35,274 nucleotides of DNA from a virus. Lineage: Duplodnaviria; Caudoviricetes. Made by a program: the position numbers and the translations under genes. The stretch covers positions 1 through 35,274 of the IMG/VR virus record IMGVR_UViG_3300016265_001251; one strand, written 5' to 3'. Numbering within the stretch: position 1 is the first letter of the stretch; each line of letters opens with the position of its first letter. A model generated the notes under the pieces. That model made no database searches. It saw nothing but the letters and a program-made list of their open reading frames with translations, and was not told where the DNA came from. This document shows positions 9,688 through 18,166 of this stretch, piece by piece.

Positions 9688-12047
9688 TACTTGACCCTCA
9701 CTTTCTTGTTGACGGCTAGAATTTCAATCGGCATGGGTTCACTCTGTGTAATGGTTAATTGGGCAGTCGAATCATATCCAAGAAAACCCTTTACGTTTTT
9801 GATCCCTGTGAATTGTGGGGGCGGCAAGTCAAGGGGCGACCCACCGCCAGCTGGTCCGAATCCTCGAAAAAAGATGGGGGTGCCGTTTACAACCACGTCT
9901 GACGTATTGCGCATTCTGATTGAAACCTCGCTAATCCCCATTGTCATCCCGATGGTCGATCCAATCTTTACATTCTCTGCTGGCAAGTCTTTGACTAATA
10001 TATCAAAAGCCAGCCCAACTTCAATGCTTGTTGTCGGGTTGTTGTTGAGAGTGACACTGCCATTGGTCACAACGGCTGCGCTGCTATCAATAAATCCATC
10101 AACATAGACCTTCACCGTTTGCCCTTCTAAATGGCTTAATCCAGTCATCGTCCCCACTGGCAAATTGCTTGTTAGCCGTATGCTGGCATCGGATATGTGT
10201 GATTCTTCAAATGTTTCGAGCCAATAACGAGTTTCCCCATTGATGATCCGCTGCACCACAAACCAACTAATCTCATCCTCAACCCCGCACGCGATAAAAG
10301 TTCCATTGGTCGTTCGCCGTACAAAGCTGGTTATCTTTTGACTTCGTAGGATATTGCCAATCGAAAGCGTGCCATCGCTCCTAACAATATGCAGATAGGC
10401 TCCTTGGTCGGTCGATGTGGCCTTACGGGCATCTATATCAACAGGATTTTTAACCAGGTGGCTGCTAATCAGGCTGACGATATTGTTGGTGTATGCATCC
10501 TGCGTGTTGTCATAAATAAATTCTTGAATGGATTGCCCGCCGCGCTGGTAGTACATGACCGCGCCTTCAAGTTCAATCGTCCTTAAATCTGGTTCTGACC
10601 CAATAGAGGATTGCCGCTTCAAATTCATTTTAAGGGGGGTTATAGGCTCCCCAAAATTTTGTGACACTATGTACTCACCACCAGCCGTAAACACCATCAG
10701 GGCGCGTCCGCTGTAGATTCTGGTTATGCCGTTATAATCACCACCCAGGGTAAATTCTATCCCATCGTCATCCAATATCTGACCAGGATTAAAATCAAAG
10801 TAATCATCCACCCGCGATCCCCAAAGGGTAGTCGGTCGATCACGGCTGCCACCAATATACAAACGACCTTCATGGAAAGTCCCAGTTGCGGGGTATCCTC
10901 TTGTCGCTGACCAGGCTGGCTCATATCCACCAAGTATGTACCAGTTCCCAGAACTTATCGCTGTGGTGTCTGCAAAAGGTATTTCCACAACGGCTTTAAC
11001 AACTGTTGACGATGTGAAGTCCGTTATCCTAGCCCGCCCACTGTTCCCCTCGATGTACTGATTCACGTCATTGACGGTGAAAGAACCAACGCTTGCGGTT
11101 AAATTGATATTGCCATTGACGGCGCTTGGGGTAAGTGTCGCGGCAACTGTAATGGTGGTTGGCACAAAATCATAATACGGTGTAAATGCCCAGGTGACAT
11201 TGGATAAAGTCCATAAGTCATCTGCTGTTCCGCGCACTAATGACTTGGTTGGAACAGCAGGATTAAAAATAACCATGGTGTCGGCCAAGCTGGTGGCATT
11301 GATTTGCTTGATTCTTGAATGCGTGTAGTCATCTGCACGCAGATCGATTACATAGTTTTTGTCTTTATAGATTGCTATATTTTTATCAGTAAAAACAAGC
11401 TGATACGTTTGGTCATTGTTAAAAACAAACGGAATCAATTTGACCGCAGAGAGAGCGCCTTCTATGAAAAGCTGCATATCCTGCACAGTGACGGTCACGC
11501 CAGCCAAGTTTGTACTGCCGATTCGCACCAATCTGACGTATTGCACAGAGGCACACACGCGCCTGGTGTAAGTTTTGGCTGTTGCCGTTACCGACAAAGC
11601 CGTCCCCCTTGTTGTCCAGTTGATGTTGTCGGGGCTGGTCTGTAGGAAAAATTCCGATGATGATCCGCTGGATAGCGACAAACCGCGCACCTCGATTTTC
11701 CCAATCGCCTTTGATGATCCCAGATTTAATATAGCCACAACATAAGGGTTGGTTGTTCCAATGGCCGTTGTGGTAACAAAGGTAGTGGCAATGTTGTCGT
11801 CAACCAGATTTGCCGTAGTGCCACCATTAGGCGCAGTCACAGAGTAGCTGGTTTCGCGAGTTAATTGCTTCAGAACCCTGTCACGCATAGCCAATCCATC
11901 GGCACGCCTAAAACCCCCTTGTGGAAAAGTTTTGACGTTCGTCATGGTTTCTGCAGCGCTGTAGTATCCATCAAAGTCGGATCTGGCTATCATGGTCGGG
12001 TCGATTTCGCCCGCCGTGTACCGCTGTTGAATAACCTTAAATTTCAT
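9687..12047 (-). CDS. Tail tubular protein B (nozzle)
   Basis: 786 aa. N-terminal YTAGEIDP...QGGFRR, YPATGTFHEGRL and WGSRVDDYFDF, typical of T7 gp12/P22 gp10-like proteins. Confidence 0.85.
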   Translation of the reverse strand: MKFKVIQQRYTAGEIDPTMIARSDFDGYYSAAETMTNVKTFPQGGFRRADGLAMRDRVLKQLTRETSYSVTAPNGGTTANLVDDNIATTFVTTTAIGTTNPYVVAILNLGSSKAIGKIEVRGLSLSSGSSSEFFLQTSPDNINWTTRGTALSVTATAKTYTRRVCASVQYVRLVRIGSTNLAGVTVTVQDMQLFIEGALSAVKLIPFVFNNDQTYQLVFTDKNIAIYKDKNYVIDLRADDYTHSRIKQINATSLADTMVIFNPAVPTKSLVRGTADDLWTLSNVTWAFTPYYDFVPTTITVAATLTPSAVNGNINLTASVGSFTVNDVNQYIEGNSGRARITDFTSSTVVKAVVEIPFADTTAISSGNWYILGGYEPAWSATRGYPATGTFHEGRLYIGGSRDRPTTLWGSRVDDYFDFNPGQILDDDGIEFTLGGDYNGITRIYSGRALMVFTAGGEYIVSQNFGEPITPLKMNLKRQSSIGSEPDLRTIELEGAVMYYQRGGQSIQEFIYDNTQDAYTNNIVSLISSHLVKNPVDIDARKATSTDQGAYLHIVRSDGTLSIGNILRSQKITSFVRRTTNGTFIACGVEDEISWFVVQRIINGETRYWLETFEESHISDASIRLTSNLPVGTMTGLSHLEGQTVKVYVDGFIDSSAAVVTNGSVTLNNNPTTSIEVGLAFDILVKDLPAENVKIGSTIGMTMGISEVSIRMRNTSDVVVNGTPIFFRGFGPAGGGSPLDLPPPQFTGIKNVKGFLGYDSTAQLTITQSEPMPIEILAVNKKVRVK

Positions 12048-12637
12048 CAGCTAAACCTTGCTGCAATAATTTCGTTCTCAAGGTACATTTGTGGTGGACT
12101 TTGTTGGTCGGAAACGCTAATCGCCTTGTAAAATTTTTGCTTGGCCAAACTCATATATGAACTCGCCAAATCAGCATCATTTCCAATCGGCATGGCCAAT
12201 GTTCCCGCTAAATCATACTTGGCAAACTCCACAAACCATGCTGGCCAAATCGATTCATCGCAGTAAAAGGAATTTTCCACAAAACATTTTGGCTCGTTGG
12301 TGGCCACATACTGACTTTCATTGTCCCCTACAATCCTGAATGCCCTGACAGGTTGGGTAAACACAGAATTATCAGCAAAAACTGCATGAACCCGCAGCAC
12401 GCTTGATGGTATTTTGTACAGATACTGCCAGCCAGCGATGGTTTTGTTTTCTTGAATCAGCTGTTGGCGGGTAGTGTTGAAAGACCAGGGATGAATGCTA
12501 AGGATATTTTCCGCCCAGGTGTCATACAATTCGGTTAGAATTTTGGCCGCATTCGATCCTTCATCAAAAGAATTTACGGGCGTTTCGTTAATTAAAATAA
12601 GGGCTTGAGAAGCAATGCTAAATTTGGTTTGAGCCAT
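12047..12637 (-). CDS. Tail tubular protein A (adaptor)
   Basis: IASQALILI...SFDEGS...HPWSF motifs. Lies after the capsid genes (T7 gp11-like). Confidence 0.85.
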   Translation of the reverse strand: MAQTKFSIASQALILINETPVNSFDEGSNAAKILTELYDTWAENILSIHPWSFNTTRQQLIQENKTIAGWQYLYKIPSSVLRVHAVFADNSVFTQPVRAFRIVGDNESQYVATNEPKCFVENSFYCDESIWPAWFVEFAKYDLAGTLAMPIGNDADLASSYMSLAKQKFYKAISVSDQQSPPQMYLENEIIAARFS

Positions 12638-12679
12638 CTCTGCCCCATCGTTTGCAAGCGATTAAACTTGATAAGGTTT

Positions 12680-12716
12680 GGCGGCAGTTATTGCAAAATA
12701 TGCAACAACTGCCGCC
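12680..12716. terminator. Strong hairpin after the capsid genes (terminator or mRNA-stabilising stem)
   Basis: GGCGGCAGTT-ATTGCA-AAATA-TGCAAC-AACTGCCGCC. There is no U-tract on the coding strand, so it is not a canonical intrinsic terminator. Confidence 0.5.
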
Positions 12717-12734
12717 TCCCCCAGTTGACTATTT

Positions 12735-13035
12735 CTAGTCGGTGTTGGTGGTAGCAAAAGCCACCGCATCGGCCACGTCAATCACACGGGTTGCCGCTGT
12801 CTTAGTCACCACAACATGCCAACCAGCCGTTGATACGGCAGTGAAAGCGGCGGTTGTGTAGGTGACCCTGTAAATCAAATCGCCCACCTGAAGAAAATCA
12901 AAGGCATCATTGAAATACCCACTAGTGTCAACCGTAGCCGCTGCATCGGTGGTTGAGTAAGTGTGGATCACGGGGGCTGCACCAGACGTTGCCGCTGGTG
13001 TGCCAACAGAGAAGTTACGAGCTACATAAGGCATA
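12735..13035 (-). CDS. Capsid decoration/minor head protein (starts MPYVARNF)
   Basis: Own AGGAG RBS right after the MCP stop. YSTTD..ATVDTSGYFN...LQVGDLI motif. Start position approximate. Confidence 0.65.
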
Positions 13036-13047
13036 ATGTTTCTCCTA

Positions 13048-13890
13048 TTACGCTTCAGTGGTTTGAATACGGAACACGCCCAGGTTGTCAATAACGACTG
13101 CCCCCGCGCTATACATCCCACTGACCAACCAAGAAGTTTTTTCAGGGATGTAATTCGTTTCCGTTTTCAAGTCGATACCACGAGCTAAACCAATGCAAGA
13201 CTTGTGATACGCGAAATGACTACGAAGGTTGGCTGCAATGGGCAATCCACCCTCTGCCCTGGTTTCAATCATCTTAAACTTAAACCCAGCATAACCAGGC
13301 AAACTGCCCTCATACAAAGGTTTTAAGATATTGTAATCCTGACTGTTGAAGGTCGCAATTTGCAATGCTTGTTCAATAGCGCGGAATGAAGTCACCAAGT
13401 AGCGGTCGCCGTCATCAGGAATACCGTTATCGTCAAGCAAACGCTTAGCCCGCAACAGTTTTTCCAAGTTGAAGCCAGTGTTACTACCACCTACGTTGGT
13501 ATCAACCGTAGTTGCGTTTGCACCAGCAACCAAGGCATTGATAATAAGCTGATCTTCACGGCGAGTAATTGCCGTTCCAACCACTTGTGCAAGTGCCTTA
13601 AGTTCTGACCACTCCATCTTTTCCATGTCGTACACGTCAACATATTCTGGTGCGATCCAGTCTGTTAAGTTGGCGGTGGCCTTAGTGTGCGCAATGTTCA
13701 TTGGCACAACATTGGTTTGAGTGATACGAGGCGTAGCTAAGCCACGACCGTACACAGGGAAAATCCACGATTTACCTACCACATTGTCTTTAATGCGCAC
13801 GGTTTCGCCTAGCTTTCCCCCTAATTGAGCGACAAGTTTAACCTGGGGGTCAAAACTATCGATATAAGAGTTTATTGCCTGGATAGACAT
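13048..13890 (-). CDS. Major capsid protein
   Basis: 280 aa, downstream of the scaffold, with GAGG RBS. HK97-fold-like segments (AITRREDQLII, GFKF, YIPEKTSWLV..GAVVID). Confidence 0.9.
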   Translation of the reverse strand: MSIQAINSYIDSFDPQVKLVAQLGGKLGETVRIKDNVVGKSWIFPVYGRGLATPRITQTNVVPMNIAHTKATANLTDWIAPEYVDVYDMEKMEWSELKALAQVVGTAITRREDQLIINALVAGANATTVDTNVGGSNTGFNLEKLLRAKRLLDDNGIPDDGDRYLVTSFRAIEQALQIATFNSQDYNILKPLYEGSLPGYAGFKFKMIETRAEGGLPIAANLRSHFAYHKSCIGLARGIDLKTETNYIPEKTSWLVSGMYSAGAVVIDNLGVFRIQTTEA

Positions 13891-13930
13891 TTATAGCCTC
13901 ATTTTGAAAAAATTGATACTCTATCTTGGT

Positions 13931-13995
13931 GATAAAGCCGCTAGTTCAAAATGCGGGTCGGGTGTCCGATAAAGCCGCTGCACCGTTGCGGGTCG
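13931..13995 (-). repeat. Two tandem copies of CGACCCGCA-N7/9-AGCGGCTTTATC in the capsid 5' UTR
   Basis: Plus strand gataaagccgct...tgcgggtcg at 13931-13960 and 13968-13995. Confidence 0.85.
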
Positions 13996-14008
13996 CCTTA
14001 ATTATTGC

Positions 14009-14037
14009 ATTGTACACGATAACTATCGGTAACGCAA
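14009..14037 (-). promoter_or_regulatory. Sigma70-like promoter for the capsid gene
   Basis: TTGCGT-17 nt-TACAAT on the minus strand, embedded in an imperfect palindrome (GCATTG...CAATGC, CGATA-GT-TATCG). Confidence 0.6.
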
Positions 14038-14043
14038 TGCTTT

Positions 14044-14889
14044 TTACCAAGAAGTTTGCAAGGTATTCGGACGACCCGCCTCTTTGCGCATTGCCATCCA
14101 TTTTTGATATTTTGTATGCGCAGCTTTGTCGCCACGTTGGTATTCCTCTGACTTAACAAAGTCATAGATTTCTTGGTCACTTGGCAATCCTTGGATTGAC
14201 ACGCCATCCACAATAGCCATTGGCACTGGCGATCCACCAGAAAGTGTCCGCAATTTATTTAGAACGCGCACTTGGTCGCCCGTGACACTCATATCTCTTA
14301 AGGTTTCAACATCTGCCCGACTCAATACGCCTTGCGCCTCAATGGTTTTTACCCATTCAGATACAGCTTTCAACACGGCTGGAGCATTCGGACCAATCTT
14401 GGCATGTTCTGCCTTAATCATTTCCGCCTGTTCTTCCTCTGATAAAGAGGCAGTAACCTGCTCACCAGCGGCTTGCGCTTGTTTGTACATAGAATCCATG
14501 ACGATCCTGGCAAGCGGTGCAAATTGCCCCTGCGTCAAACCTAGTTTTTGCGCCATCTTTTTGGCTTCAACCAAAACCTCATCATCATCAGTGACCAATT
14601 CAGCCCATTCTGCGCCTTCAGTATCAACCTTATATTCTTCATAATTTTCAGGGGGAGCACCGCGCCGCCCCAATTTCTCACGCAAATCTTTTGCTTGTTT
14701 GTCGGATTTCTGTAATTTATCCAGCACCTTATCAATGTTTGGGGAATTTTTTTCTGCATCCCACAAATCATCAGTTAGCCACTCTGGTTTGCCAGCACCC
14801 TGGCCAGCATCCTGACCAGCGTCCTCCGCTGCCCCATCATTTTCTGGCTGGTCTAATTCAAGCAGAGAATCAAAGGCTTCTGTAGTCAT
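14044..14889 (-). CDS. Capsid scaffolding protein
   Basis: Acidic and helical, with KPEWL...WDAEK, APPENY and AQKLGLTQGQF. Lies between portal and MCP. Confidence 0.85.
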   Translation of the reverse strand: MTTEAFDSLLELDQPENDGAAEDAGQDAGQGAGKPEWLTDDLWDAEKNSPNIDKVLDKLQKSDKQAKDLREKLGRRGAPPENYEEYKVDTEGAEWAELVTDDDEVLVEAKKMAQKLGLTQGQFAPLARIVMDSMYKQAQAAGEQVTASLSEEEQAEMIKAEHAKIGPNAPAVLKAVSEWVKTIEAQGVLSRADVETLRDMSVTGDQVRVLNKLRTLSGGSPVPMAIVDGVSIQGLPSDQEIYDFVKSEEYQRGDKAAHTKYQKWMAMRKEAGRPNTLQTSW

Positions 14890-14898
14890 AAATTACTC

Positions 14899-15288
14899 CT
14901 AATCAAAATTAAAGAATGCGTTAAGGTTGGTCGTACCATCACCCGCCGTCACTTGCACCGCTAAAATCCTAGTAGTTTGTGCAATCTGTTCAAGCCCAAC
15001 TGCACTAAAGGTTAGAGCCGTTCCGTTGATGTTTTTCAAAATGACGTAGCGGGTTGGCAAACTAGCTGGGGTAACGGCTGTTTGATTGTCGTTTTCAATG
15101 TCGTTTGACCCATAAATTGATAATGACCCTCCAACTCCGAACACTCCAGTAATATGCACTGATCGCAATAAGGAACGGGATGGTACCATAAATGTCGAAT
15201 GATCGCCATTCAATAACCCCTTAACCCCAAAAGTTGCAATGCCAACCATTTCATTGCCTTGTAATGGTGCGTAAGTTCGTAATGCCAT
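14899..15288 (-). CDS. Hypothetical beta-rich protein, possibly structural (starts MALRTYAP)
   Basis: GGGAG RBS before the ATG at 15288. Lies within the head operon. Confidence 0.6.
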   Translation of the reverse strand: MALRTYAPLQGNEMVGIATFGVKGLLNGDHSTFMVPSRSLLRSVHITGVFGVGGSLSIYGSNDIENDNQTAVTPASLPTRYVILKNINGTALTFSAVGLEQIAQTTRILAVQVTAGDGTTNLNAFFNFD

Positions 15289-15289
15289 G

Positions 15290-15670
15290 TTATTCTCCCT
15301 GCGGTTTGTGGCTGTAAATCTCACGTCCCTCTTTTAAGGAACGCTTTGCAAACTCAATGCGGGCTATAATATCACGCACCAAAGCATTCTGACCTTCCCT
15401 TGCATAGCCATGTGCCACCGCCGCCTCTAAAGAAGTGTTTTGGGCTATAGATGCTGACCATGTTACCGATTCGATTGTGTTCTTTTTCAAAAATTCCAGC
15501 ACCAATATGCCATCGGCTGAATCAAACACACGCAAAAAGGCAGAATCAATCTCTGCAACCTCTTGCATTTTGCGCTCAAACTCCGCCCTTGCGGCATTAG
15601 TAATGGTAATCTCTTGTTCAAAATCAAAGCCAAGCGGATCTTTTACGTTTTGACCTGCCATCGGTAACAT
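15290..15670 (-). CDS. Conserved post-portal protein (Bbp19-like)
   Basis: FDSADGILVL...YAREGQNALV pattern, and position immediately after the portal. Confidence 0.6.
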   Translation of the reverse strand: MLPMAGQNVKDPLGFDFEQEITITNAARAEFERKMQEVAEIDSAFLRVFDSADGILVLEFLKKNTIESVTWSASIAQNTSLEAAVAHGYAREGQNALVRDIIARIEFAKRSLKEGREIYSHKPQGE

Positions 15671-17268
15671 TAGGCCGCTCCCATCATTTCAGGTTGTGCC
15701 GCTTCTACAGGTGCAGAACGCCCCTGTTGTGCTGCCCCTTGCATAGATTGCATGTTTTGCATCATAGCCCCCATATTCTGCGCTATTTGGGATCTGTCCG
15801 CCTCATCCCTTAGCATTTCGGCTGGCCCACCAATTTTGTCTAACAGAAATTTAGCCAAATTATCAAGTTTATAACTCATCATCGCCATCTCTTGACCACC
15901 AGTACTGGCAACCATCTGAAAGCTTTCCATAAACCGCTGCACGTCTGCCATCGCCTGTGTCTGGGCAATCGGACTAACCACCTGTACCTTAACCAAAAAC
16001 TGATCAATGTCAAAGTTTGGCGGCAATTTTATCTTGCCCATGTCATTCAAAATCTGAACGACACGCCTAAACAACGGGATCACAAATTCAAAAATGGCAC
16101 GGCCATAGGCCGATCCAATGTCCTGCTGAAATTCCTTAATGCGTTGCGCCAATTCAAAAGCTGTTGGCGGTTGTGCCTGTGTATCAGGCATTTTCGTGTC
16201 TAACATTATCTTCTTAATATCATCCGTTAGACTGTTAAGCACAAATTCTTGCAGCTGAAAATTGCCAGCCTGGGGCAATGGCTCAATAGACTTGCCGTTC
16301 GATCCGCCATTGCTCTCAACAGGGATAAACATGCCTGGCTTAATCACGGCGGTGTTGGGGTTAAAGCTCCCATTGCTTTGCACCGTGTACACCCCAAAGG
16401 CCGATAAAGCCAAATTCTGCAACATTAACTCTTTGATTTTATTTAATGTTTTTACGTCTGGCATCGCCATCATGAATGGCCCAACCCCATAGGGCGATCC
16501 TGGAATTTTCAACCAGCGTGGGGTAAGGCAAATGGCTTCCTTAAAACTCTGGCTGGCAATCTCTTCCTTGTTCTCCTCTAAAATAACGCAATAACGCCAT
16601 ACCATATCCTCATAGTCTTTGTACAAACACTCATGCACCTTGACCTTTTGTTGCGGATTATCCTTGATTTTCCTAGATAAATTTTCAGATATTTTTGGAT
16701 TAAACGCCGCAAATGTCGTTTCAATCAATTCTGCCGCAATCATAGTTTCCTTAAAAATACCGCTGACTTCCCCAAAGCGGCCTTCCTCTAAGCCATATTG
16801 CGACAATGGCGTGCTGATAAAGTTCAGTGGCTGGTTGCTATCACCCTCAAAAATCCACAATGCCCCCGTGCCAATGCCCCAATCAAAGTACATTTCGGCG
16901 CTTGCTGTCGCAAAGTTGCTGTTGTTCAGATAGGTAAATACCGTTTCGGTTAAATCCTCTAGGTTCTCAATCCAGTCTTGCTTCGATTCCTCCGCAATCC
17001 CTGGCCCTGGCTTAAATTCTGCCCATCGCTGAAACACTGGAGTAAAATTGGCTTGCATGGTATTTACAAAGTTACTAGCAGAGTGCATGCCAGCGCTGCT
17101 GTACAGTTTAGAAGCCTTGTTTAACCGTCCGTCCGCTTGTGCTTGAAAAGTATTCCGCTGTGGCAACAGATAATCGTAGCAATCCTCAAAAATACTTCGA
17201 TTCATATCGCGTGATTCTTGCGACTTTTTTGCCCTTGCAAGCAATTTGCCTGGTTCTACACTAGCCAT
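15670..17268 (-). CDS. Portal (head-tail connector, T7 gp8/BPP-1-like)
   Basis: 532 aa with YLLPQR, SNF...GIGTG, PRW...YGVGP..MPDVKTLN, TAFEL and SPIAQTQ motifs. Confidence 0.92.
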   Translation of the reverse strand: MASVEPGKLLARAKKSQESRDMNRSIFEDCYDYLLPQRNTFQAQADGRLNKASKLYSSAGMHSASNFVNTMQANFTPVFQRWAEFKPGPGIAEESKQDWIENLEDLTETVFTYLNNSNFATASAEMYFDWGIGTGALWIFEGDSNQPLNFISTPLSQYGLEEGRFGEVSGIFKETMIAAELIETTFAAFNPKISENLSRKIKDNPQQKVKVHECLYKDYEDMVWRYCVILEENKEEIASQSFKEAICLTPRWLKIPGSPYGVGPFMMAMPDVKTLNKIKELMLQNLALSAFGVYTVQSNGSFNPNTAVIKPGMFIPVESNGGSNGKSIEPLPQAGNFQLQEFVLNSLTDDIKKIMLDTKMPDTQAQPPTAFELAQRIKEFQQDIGSAYGRAIFEFVIPLFRRVVQILNDMGKIKLPPNFDIDQFLVKVQVVSPIAQTQAMADVQRFMESFQMVASTGGQEMAMMSYKLDNLAKFLLDKIGGPAEMLRDEADRSQIAQNMGAMMQNMQSMQGAAQQGRSAPVEAAQPEMMGAA

Positions 17269-17480
17269 TAGCCCAAGGTATCCCTTAATCCAGTTTCTAA
17301 CCCCGTCAAAAGCGATTGCCCGCCCGCTCCTGCACCCTTTGCTGATCTTCGGCGTGCCGCATCGCGTGCATTCTGCATCTTCTCTTGCGCGGCTACCCGC
17401 TCATCCTGCGCTTTAAGCCTAGCAGCTTGCGCATCCATGGCCGATGTATCGGGCTTAGGTGGTGAAAATAAAGTGCCCAT
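17268..17480 (-). CDS. Small virion assembly/ejection protein
   Basis: MGTLFSPPKP start, coiled-coil, C-terminal GQSLLTG...TLG. Lies before the portal. Confidence 0.65.
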   Translation of the reverse strand: MGTLFSPPKPDTSAMDAQAARLKAQDERVAAQEKMQNARDAARRRSAKGAGAGGQSLLTGLETGLRDTLG

Positions 17481-17489
17481 TCGATTCTC

Positions 17490-17696
17490 CTATCCCAATG
17501 TTGTGCGTGTCGCCATAGCATCTAGGCCAGATAAAAGCGATTGCCCGCGCATTGCAATCGGGTTCCGCCTTCCCCTTGTCACTGTCCGCCGTGACTCAAT
17601 CGTGCTGGTGTCCTCAACCTTATTGCCATCCGCAAGATCTGCTGGACTTTTGAAAGGAATGTTCGATGTTTTAGCTTTCTGCAAATTGCCCATCAA
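17490..17696 (-). CDS. Small virion protein, paralogous C-terminus to 17268..17480
   Basis: Ends GQSLLSGL...TTLG. Confidence 0.6.
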   Translation of the reverse strand: MMGNLQKAKTSNIPFKSPADLADGNKVEDTSTIESRRTVTRGRRNPIAMRGQSLLSGLDAMATRTTLG

Positions 17697-18166
17697 TCGC
17701 CCTCGCTCTGGTTCTTGGTGTAATATACCACGTTCCCATTTTTACGCAATAAGTCAAATAGTTGCCTGGGGAATATGGTAAATGTCGCTCTGATCCCTAG
17801 AATATCTTTTACCACTGACACACAAGAGAAAATCACATGCCCCGCTTGCCTGCGCTCAAGCATTGACGGCTTGGTCACACCAACAATCGCCACGGTGTCA
17901 TCTATGTCGGCTATGTATTCCAGCACCTCCTCAATCTTGCGCGGCTTGGTAACGGCAACAAGCGTATGGTGTCCCTTCGGGTTGATTGTCACTAGCCCCG
18001 CATCCGTAAACCCACAAAGCCACACGTGCGCCCATTCCCTGCCGCTTAACCAATGCGCCCAATGCGATTTGCCCTTGTTGTGCTTCTTGCAAAATACCAC
18101 AAGCCAATCCTGCATCCCTGGCCAGTCATCAAACCCATGCCCCGTCTGCATCAAAACGGGCTCCAT
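17693..18166 (-). CDS. Hypothetical protein, possible permuted papain-like peptidase
   Basis: His before Cys order (WAHVW ... FSCVSVVKDILG ... FPRQLF). Lies between terL and the portal. Confidence 0.45.
   Translation of the reverse strand: MEPVLMQTGHGFDDWPGMQDWLVVFCKKHNKGKSHWAHWLSGREWAHVWLCGFTDAGLVTINPKGHHTLVAVTKPRKIEEVLEYIADIDDTVAIVGVTKPSMLERRQAGHVIFSCVSVVKDILGIRATFTIFPRQLFDLLRKNGNVVYYTKNQSEGD

Noticed and set aside
12735-13121. T7 10A/10B-style frameshift extension of the capsid into the downstream ORF
   Set aside because: It would need a +1 shift, I see no slippery heptamer, and the downstream gene has its own AGGAG RBS and ATG.
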